NCBI GenBank assembly: GCA_046734955.1
Contig: JBKPSH010000113.1
Location: forward strand, 33,518-97,517
Direction: 5' to 3'
Length of the DNA stretch: 64,000 nucleotides
From: Acidobacteriota bacterium
GTDB taxonomy: Bacteria; Acidobacteriota; Vicinamibacteria; Vicinamibacterales; 2-12-FULL-66-21
Shown: piece by piece, positions 58,637-64,000 of the stretch
Position numbering within the stretch: position 1 is the first letter of the stretch
Layout: each line of letters starts with the position of its first letter
Translations under genes and position numbers: made by a program
The notes under the pieces: model-generated
What the model was told of the DNA's origin: nothing
The model's database searches: none
What the model saw: the letters and a program-made list of their open reading frames with translations, nothing else

Positions 58637-59319
58637 ACTGTCACACTGCGACCTTACCTAGAGACTGGAACGGAGAAGGAAGAAAGGAGAACCAATTCTT
58701 TTCTCCCCTACTTCCGGTGGCAAAAACTGCAACCCCGCCGGCACGGACCCATTGCAGAAACTGAAACACTAACCGCAAAAGCTCTGGAGATTCCTAAGTT
58801 CCCGAATAGATTTTCAGTCGGCGAAGTCCTTGCAACGCAACAACGCATGTTCAGAGACATCGCCGGCCACGAAGATCTGACGGAAGCCATTATTGGCTGT
58901 GCCATGCGTGTGCACGAACACTGGGGACCAGGCTTACTCGAATCTGTCTACAAGGCATGCCTGGTTGTTGAACTCAAGGCAGAGGGGCACCGAGTGAATA
59001 CGAACCTCAGAGTTCCATTCATTTACAAGGGCCGCGATCTCAAGACGGACTTCTGTCCAGACTTGATCATCGACGACATCGTGGTTGGTGAACTGAAGGT
59101 CGTCGAGAAACTTGCGCCGGTCCACAAAGCGCAAGTGGTCACGTATCTAAAGTTGACGCGCCTACCAGTGGGCTTGCTGATGAACTTCAATGTCCCGTTG
59201 CTCAAACAGGTGACTCACCGCATCGTACGGCCGGATTCACTGATTAGAAGCGAATAGCCTCCATTCTCCCTTCTCCTTTCTCCTTTTCTGGCTCTAAGTC
59301 ATGATCGCAGTGTGACTGT
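58637..59319. mobile_element. Inverted-repeat-bounded GxxExxY cassette 2 (putative insertion module)
   Basis: IR-L at 58637-58693 (ACTGTCACACTGCGACCTTACCTAGAGACTGGAACGGAGAAGGAAGAAAGGAGAACC) matches the reverse complement of IR-R at 59259-59319. Total length is 683 bp and the interior is lower in GC. Confidence 0.5.
58847..59257 (+). CDS. GxxExxY (PD-(D/E)xK, PDDEXK_3-like) protein
   Basis: 136 aa with LTEAIIGCAMRVHEHWGPGLLESVY and DLIIDDIVVGELKVV. Confidence 0.8.
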   Translation: MFRDIAGHEDLTEAIIGCAMRVHEHWGPGLLESVYKACLVVELKAEGHRVNTNLRVPFIYKGRDLKTDFCPDLIIDDIVVGELKVVEKLAPVHKAQVVTYLKLTRLPVGLLMNFNVPLLKQVTHRIVRPDSLIRSE

Positions 59320-59344
59320 GAAGGTGCCGAGGTGAGTTTTCCTT

Positions 59345-61285
59345 TCAGCGGGTGACTGATGATCCAGTTCCCTTTCTGAGCGCAAGCCGCCCAATGAATC
59401 CACCGCCCGCACGCAAACTAAGGATCAGTGATCCCTGTCGTGTAAGTATCAACCGTTCGATCCTCTCGGCTGCCGCATTGTCGGGATCGTCGCGCACGAG
59501 CATGCTGCTGTAAGTGCCGGGGCCAAGGAACTTCAGATCGACGCGCAGCGTTCGAGCCTCGGGTCCATTCAATACGGCGACAAACCACGCGTCTCCCTTG
59601 CGCCGCGCGAATGCCGCGACTTCACCGATGGCGCTGCCGGGCAACACGATCGTTTCATCCCACGTGCTCGGCAGCGCTTTGATGAGATCAACGGCTGAAT
59701 TCTCGAGCAGGGTCTTCGGGTTCGCGCCGTAGACGAGCAACGGGGAGGTGAATATTGCCGCGGTGGCGATCTGGTGCGGCCATGAGGTCTCCCGCCGCCG
59801 ATCACCAAACACGACCGGCGTGTAATCGCCGTGTCCGGCGAGATAACGGGTAAATGGAATCGTCGTGTTATGTCGCGCCCAGGTCTGCGCGCGATGTTCG
59901 AGTCCGTACACGCCTTCGCGAGTCAATTCGTTAGGCCACGTCCGCGACTCGCCCGCGGGCTTGTTCGCACCGTGAAAGTCCACGAGCAGATGGAACTCCG
60001 CCGTGTCGCGAAGGATGGCCTGGTAAAGATCGATGACCTCCTTCGCCTCGTGATCGAAGAAGTCGATCTTGACGCCGGCGATTCCGAGATCGTGGAGCCT
60101 TTTGAACAGCGCCCGGCGGGCCTCCGCGTTCTGAATATCGCGGCTGTGGACCCACAACAGAATTCCGACCTTCCGGGCACTGGACGACGCCACCAGCTCG
60201 CGAAGCTGATCGTCGCTCCATCGGCGCCAGAGCCCCTCGACGACCTGATATTCGAAGCCGAGCTGCCCCGCCATCTCCGAAAAGGACTTGATTCCTTCAA
60301 ATGTGTTCTCGCCACCATCGAGATACCGCCACACCGCGCGTCCCGGCTTGACCCACGGCGTGTCGATCCCTTGCGGGAATAGTCCAGGGTCCGGAGGCGC
60401 GGAGAGATTGGTGATGATGTCGTTGTTGACCAGGGCATTGAGATCGCGACCGACAAGGACCACTCGCCACGGAGTGGTGATTTCTCCTTTGACGGACGCG
60501 GGATTCTCGAGGCGCCGCACGTCGAGCGCCGGATAGCGCAGGCGGTACGGATATGACGCCGGGGCTGCATGCGCAAGGCGCGCTACGAATCCGCCACGGC
60601 GATCTGTCTGCAGCACCATGCCGGCGTAGTCCTTCAGGCCGGCCTCGGTAATGGATGCGTATCCGGATGCGTCCGGCAGCTGCGCGGTTACCGGGGGCGC
60701 TGCCCAGTCGCCTTCCGCAACATCCTCGATCTCCTTCTTCTCGTGGACGCCTTCGTAATGACCGTCGAGGTCGTGGTACCAGACCGTGCTGCGCGGTGGA
60801 AAATTGAAGGCGCTCGCTTCGTCCGGAATCCGCACAGTCGCATCGCTCGCACCAGGCACGATGTACCTGAACGCTACCCCATCGTCGAAGGCACGGACCT
60901 CCATCGAATAGCGAGTTCCCGAGGGCTGATGGACCAGCGCGACTTTCGCGCCGTTGTGGCGATTGACTGCGATAGAGTGCACCCCCCGCGCTCGATACCG
61001 CTCATCGTGCTTTGTTCGTTCGACGCCAGTCACGGAGGCGCCATCGCCAAGATTGACGGCGTCGACGATGATGCCGGCGCGCGACAGCTCGATGACAGGA
61101 CGGCCGTTCATCGTAATGCGATAGGCGAGGCGATTCGCTGATCGCAGGCTCAGATCGAGTTTGATGGTGGAGTTTGGACTCGCAACAGTGATCGGCGGTG
61201 CTCCGTCGTTCTCGACGGCGTTGATTCGTCCTGACGACGTAAGGAGCAAGGCAAACAGGGCCACGACCGAGAGTGCTCTTGTCAT
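59345..61285 (-). CDS. Glycoside hydrolase family 97 (alpha-glucosidase-like), secreted
   Basis: ATG 61285 gives MTRALSVVALFALLLTSS; the track ORF begins at TTG 61294. The length and the N-terminal beta-sandwich plus TIM layout are typical of GH97. Confidence 0.75.
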   Translation of the reverse strand: MTRALSVVALFALLLTSSGRINAVENDGAPPITVASPNSTIKLDLSLRSANRLAYRITMNGRPVIELSRAGIIVDAVNLGDGASVTGVERTKHDERYRARGVHSIAVNRHNGAKVALVHQPSGTRYSMEVRAFDDGVAFRYIVPGASDATVRIPDEASAFNFPPRSTVWYHDLDGHYEGVHEKKEIEDVAEGDWAAPPVTAQLPDASGYASITEAGLKDYAGMVLQTDRRGGFVARLAHAAPASYPYRLRYPALDVRRLENPASVKGEITTPWRVVLVGRDLNALVNNDIITNLSAPPDPGLFPQGIDTPWVKPGRAVWRYLDGGENTFEGIKSFSEMAGQLGFEYQVVEGLWRRWSDDQLRELVASSSARKVGILLWVHSRDIQNAEARRALFKRLHDLGIAGVKIDFFDHEAKEVIDLYQAILRDTAEFHLLVDFHGANKPAGESRTWPNELTREGVYGLEHRAQTWARHNTTIPFTRYLAGHGDYTPVVFGDRRRETSWPHQIATAAIFTSPLLVYGANPKTLLENSAVDLIKALPSTWDETIVLPGSAIGEVAAFARRKGDAWFVAVLNGPEARTLRVDLKFLGPGTYSSMLVRDDPDNAAAERIERLILTRQGSLILSLRAGGGFIGRLALRKGTGSSVTR

Positions 61286-61292
61286 TGACGCC

Positions 61293-61320
61293 AATCAGCA
61301 ATCAGCAATCAGCATTTTCA
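61293..61320. repeat. Solo AATCAGC arm
   Basis: AATCAGCAATCAGCAATCAGCATTTTCA. Its TCA is the lacI-family stop codon. It fills most of the spacer to the GH97 start. Confidence 0.75.
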
Positions 61321-62343
61321 GAATGCGTCCTTGCCGCCGCTGGAGCGGCGAACGATGAGCTGCGGAGGGATCACGACGGCCTGAAATTTGTCTGACGATG
61401 GATTTGGCCCGATGCGATCGAGAAGCAGCCGCGCGGCTTCCTTGCCCTGCTGATCGCGAGACCAGCTCACCGTCGATAGTGGCACGCGCAGGAGATCGCC
61501 GAGTGCAATGTCGCCGGCGCCGACCACGCCAATGTCCTCGGGCACGCGAAGTCGTGCGTCCCAAATTGCTTTCATCGCGCCAATCGCGGCCGGATCGTTG
61601 GCGGCAAAGACGGCATCGACACGCGGCTTGACCGCCAGCAGTTTCTTCATCGCGCGATAGCCATCCGCTTCCATGAATCCGCCACGCACCATCCATTCGA
61701 CCCGCGATCGCACTTTGTGTTGCTTCAGCGCCGAACGGTAGCCCTCGGCCCGCCTCTTCGCGTGGACGATTGGAGGCCCGAGTATGTGCGCAATCGCCTT
61801 CCGCCCCTGCTCGATCAAATGCGACGTCGCCAGCCTGCCAACTTCCACGTCGTCGGTGACGACGCGATCGCATTTCACGACCGGATGATCGTCGCGGTCG
61901 ATCATGACCAGGCCGATGCCGAGTGAGCCGAGTTTCTGAAGCAGGTCGGTGTTCCCTGATGCGTTGACCGACGCGAGGATGATTCCATCGACCTGGCGCT
62001 GGCGGAGCATGTCGATCTCAGCGCGCTCCTTGACCGGATCTTCATTCGAGCTGCAAAGCAGCAGACCGTAGCCGCGCGCACTCGCGACCGTTTCGAGTCC
62101 GGCGACAATCTCGACGAAGAACGAGTGCATCAGATCGGGAATGACGACGCCGAGGGTGTGCGTGCGCCGCAACGTGAGACTGCGCGCGACGGCATTGGGC
62201 TGGTATCCGAGCTCGGCGACCTTCGCGAGCACGCGTTCGCGTGTCGCATGACCGATGTCGTCGCGATTGTTGAGGACCTTGGAAACGGTCGTAATGGAGA
62301 CACCAAGCTCTCCCGCGATCCGTTTCATCGTCGGCTCTGCCAT
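61318..62343 (-). CDS. LacI-family transcriptional regulator
   Basis: 341 aa with HTH MKRIAGELGVSITTVSKVLNN and a periplasmic-binding-fold C-terminus. Confidence 0.9.
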   Translation of the reverse strand: MAEPTMKRIAGELGVSITTVSKVLNNRDDIGHATRERVLAKVAELGYQPNAVARSLTLRRTHTLGVVIPDLMHSFFVEIVAGLETVASARGYGLLLCSSNEDPVKERAEIDMLRQRQVDGIILASVNASGNTDLLQKLGSLGIGLVMIDRDDHPVVKCDRVVTDDVEVGRLATSHLIEQGRKAIAHILGPPIVHAKRRAEGYRSALKQHKVRSRVEWMVRGGFMEADGYRAMKKLLAVKPRVDAVFAANDPAAIGAMKAIWDARLRVPEDIGVVGAGDIALGDLLRVPLSTVSWSRDQQGKEAARLLLDRIGPNPSSDKFQAVVIPPQLIVRRSSGGKDAF

Positions 62344-62390
62344 CGTTGACTTTTCGCGTGCGCGTCCAGCGTTTGGGGAAGCGCAAATGG

Positions 62391-62404
62391 CTTTAACGTT
62401 AAAG
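62391..62404. promoter_or_regulatory. Perfect 14-bp palindrome, LacI-type operator candidate O1
   Basis: CTTTAACGTTAAAG has a central CG, as in LacI/GalR-family operators. It lies between the regulator and the TonB receptor gene. Confidence 0.6.
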
Positions 62405-62412
62405 TTAATTGA

Positions 62413-62426
62413 CTTTAACGGTAAAG
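62413..62426. promoter_or_regulatory. Near-palindromic operator candidate O2
   Basis: CTTTAACGGTAAAG differs from O1 by one base. It lies inside the spacer of a possible TTGACT(62409-14)-17 nt-TATCAC(62432-37) promoter. Confidence 0.5.
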
Positions 62427-62486
62427 CATAGTATCACAGGCGCCGCGCTCACCGGAGCGCCAACCCTGCCCGTCAGGAGGCGCGTG

Positions 62487-64000
62487 ATGAACTGGACCCT
62501 TCGGTCGATTGCCGGCCGGTTTCTGTCCGGCCTCGGCGTGCTGCTGCTGGCTGCCGCGCCAGCCGCCGCCCAGAATACCGGCACCATCTCGGGCACCATT
62601 ATCGATAATACCGGGCAGGTCGTGCCCGGTGCCACGCTGACCCTCATCAACGAAGCCACCTCCGACAGCCGGACGATGACGTCGGGCAGCCGGGGGGAAT
62701 TCGCGTTTCGGGCCATCGAGCCTGGATCCTACACCGTCAAAGTCGAGCTCACCGGCTTCCGCACGATGCAGCTGAAAGGCAACGTGTTGAATGCCAGCGG
62801 TACGCTCGATCTCGGCAACGTCAAACTCGATCTCGGCACGCTCCAAGAGGTGGTCTCGGTCGTCTCCGAAGGAAGCGTCATCGAAACGAAAAACAGCGAC
62901 TATTCCGGCCTGCTGACTGCCACCCAGATCTCTCAGATTCAGAGTCGCGGACGCGACGTCGTCAACCTGCTGCGCCTGGTGCCCGGCGTTCATTACGAGG
63001 CGGACATCGAAGCGATGGGCGACAGCTTCGGATCCGCGATTCCCAACATCAGCGGGATGCGAAAGGCATGGAACCAGGTCACCGTGGACGGCTTGAATGG
63101 CAACGAGTTATCGGGCACGAGCCGCATGAACTCGTCGATCAATCTCGATGCGATCGCCGAGGTCAAGGTGCTGCTCAATACCTACAAAGCGGAGTTCGGT
63201 CACAGTGGCGGCGCGAATATCCAGGTGGTCAGCAAGAGCGGCGCGTCGAATTATTCCGGCAGCATCTACTACTACGGGAAGCGTGATGCGTGGAATGCGA
63301 CTCCGTGGGAAAACAACCGCAGCGGGCTTGCGAAACCCAAGCTTCACGTCGACACGCCCGGGTTCAACCTCGGCGGTCCGGTGAGGCTTCCCGGTGTCTA
63401 CGAACAGAAGGGAGACAAGAAGCTTTTCTTCTTCTACTCGTTTGAAGGTCCGCAGGTCCAGCGGCCCGGACAGGTACGCCTCTATCGCATGCCGACGGCG
63501 CTCGAACGTCAGGGAGATTTCTCGCAAACGTTCGATTCGAACGGACGGTTGATCAACATCAAGGATCCGCTGTCGAGCGCCGCGTGCAACGTTACGACCG
63601 GCGGCGCGGGATGTTTTCCAGGAAACGTCATCCCCGGGAACCGGCTCGACGCGAATGCGCTCGCGCTGATGAAGTTGATGCCGTTGCCGAATGCGCTTGG
63701 CGTCAGCCCGAACTACAACTTTACTCGACAAGAGACGTCAACCAACCCTCGGTTCAATCACTTGATCCGGGTGGACGCGCGGCCGTCGGGACACAACGCG
63801 ATCTGGGGTGCCTTCCGCACCTTCTCTTCGAGTCAGTACGGATCGGAGATCACCGCGGGCCCGGCAAAGTGGGGCTTCTTCAATGGGTCCTATGTTTCTG
63901 GCGATCGATCCGTCAACGGTGGCTGGAACCACGTCATGGGCAGCAACGGCGTGAACGAGCTGTCTGCGGGCTTCAGACGAGCGACCGAGGGATTCGGCAC
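62487..64000 (+). CDS. TonB-dependent receptor with CarboxypepD_reg N-terminal domain (partial; continues past the window end)
   Basis: This ORF is absent from the track because no stop is reached. AGGAGG lies 6 nt before ATG 62487. My translation is MNWTLRSIAGRFLSGLGVLLLAAAPAAAQNTGTISGTIIDNTGQVVPGATLTLINEAT...TVDGLNGNE... Confidence 0.85.
   Translation, partial: MNWTLRSIAGRFLSGLGVLLLAAAPAAAQNTGTISGTIIDNTGQVVPGATLTLINEATSDSRTMTSGSRGEFAFRAIEPGSYTVKVELTGFRTMQLKGNVLNASGTLDLGNVKLDLGTLQEVVSVVSEGSVIETKNSDYSGLLTATQISQIQSRGRDVVNLLRLVPGVHYEADIEAMGDSFGSAIPNISGMRKAWNQVTVDGLNGNELSGTSRMNSSINLDAIAEVKVLLNTYKAEFGHSGGANIQVVSKSGASNYSGSIYYYGKRDAWNATPWENNRSGLAKPKLHVDTPGFNLGGPVRLPGVYEQKGDKKLFFFYSFEGPQVQRPGQVRLYRMPTALERQGDFSQTFDSNGRLINIKDPLSSAACNVTTGGAGCFPGNVIPGNRLDANALALMKLMPLPNALGVSPNYNFTRQETSTNPRFNHLIRVDARPSGHNAIWGAFRTFSSSQYGSEITAGPAKWGFFNGSYVSGDRSVNGGWNHVMGSNGVNELSAGFRRATEGFG

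Noticed and set aside
1-64000. tRNA, rRNA, tmRNA, transposase or integrase genes.
   Set aside because: No intergenic region is long enough or shows cloverleaf-like structure. No ORF has recombinase or transposase motifs. Nothing supports such a call.

Overview
High-GC, gene-dense chromosomal window with about 57 protein genes. I saw no rRNA, tRNA or CRISPR array. The gene content suggests an Acidobacteria-like soil bacterium: a TonB receptor with a CarboxypepD_reg N-terminus, a DUF1501/DUF1800 pair, and many secreted peptidases. This taxonomic call is inference only. All product names come from motif recognition by eye in the supplied translations; no database search was run.

Layout:
- 226-4641: SWIB protein, glgX, ggt.
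- 4653-10970: a translationally coupled histidine operon, hisI-G-D-C-B-H-F-A. It is preceded by a His-rich 25-codon leader ORF and an intrinsic terminator, so it is a candidate attenuator.
- 11046-31306: mixed housekeeping and accessory genes. These are a DUF4097 protein, a polytopic M28 peptidase, an Arch-type ATPase, an acyltransferase, an S9 peptidase, DUF1501/DUF1800, an eRF1/VLRF1-like protein, a YqaA-like protein, a DUF885-like protein, pncB, an FRG-domain protein and a quinone oxidoreductase.
- 31375-42693: one minus-strand block of type IIA topoisomerase A subunit, PQQ-propeller protein, sucA, sucB, type IIA topoisomerase B subunit and DUF763.
- 44862-50678: a six-gene corrinoid methyltransferase operon. 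It resembles a disassembled methionine synthase whose folate module is replaced by a URO-D/MtaA-type methyltransferase.
- 51141-58609: a sugar-acid locus with kdgK, eda, an iolB-like gene, an SDR, a split UxaA dehydratase, an MFS transporter and a LarA homologue.
- 59345-64000: GH97, a LacI regulator and a partial TonB-dependent receptor, with two LacI-type palindromic operators.

Structure not explained by the genes:
- Two ~690-bp, lower-GC cassettes each carry a GxxExxY (PD-(D/E)xK) ORF enclosed by 55-75-nt imperfect inverted repeats.
- A set of intergenic hairpin or solo-arm repeats is present, several of them literal tandem heptamers (GCTGATT, NAATCNN, AAAGGGA, GGAGCGA, CGGGATC). They sit at gene junctions and sometimes supply stop codons.
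- Many long ORFs in the six-frame track are antisense shadows of real genes, which is typical of high-GC DNA.
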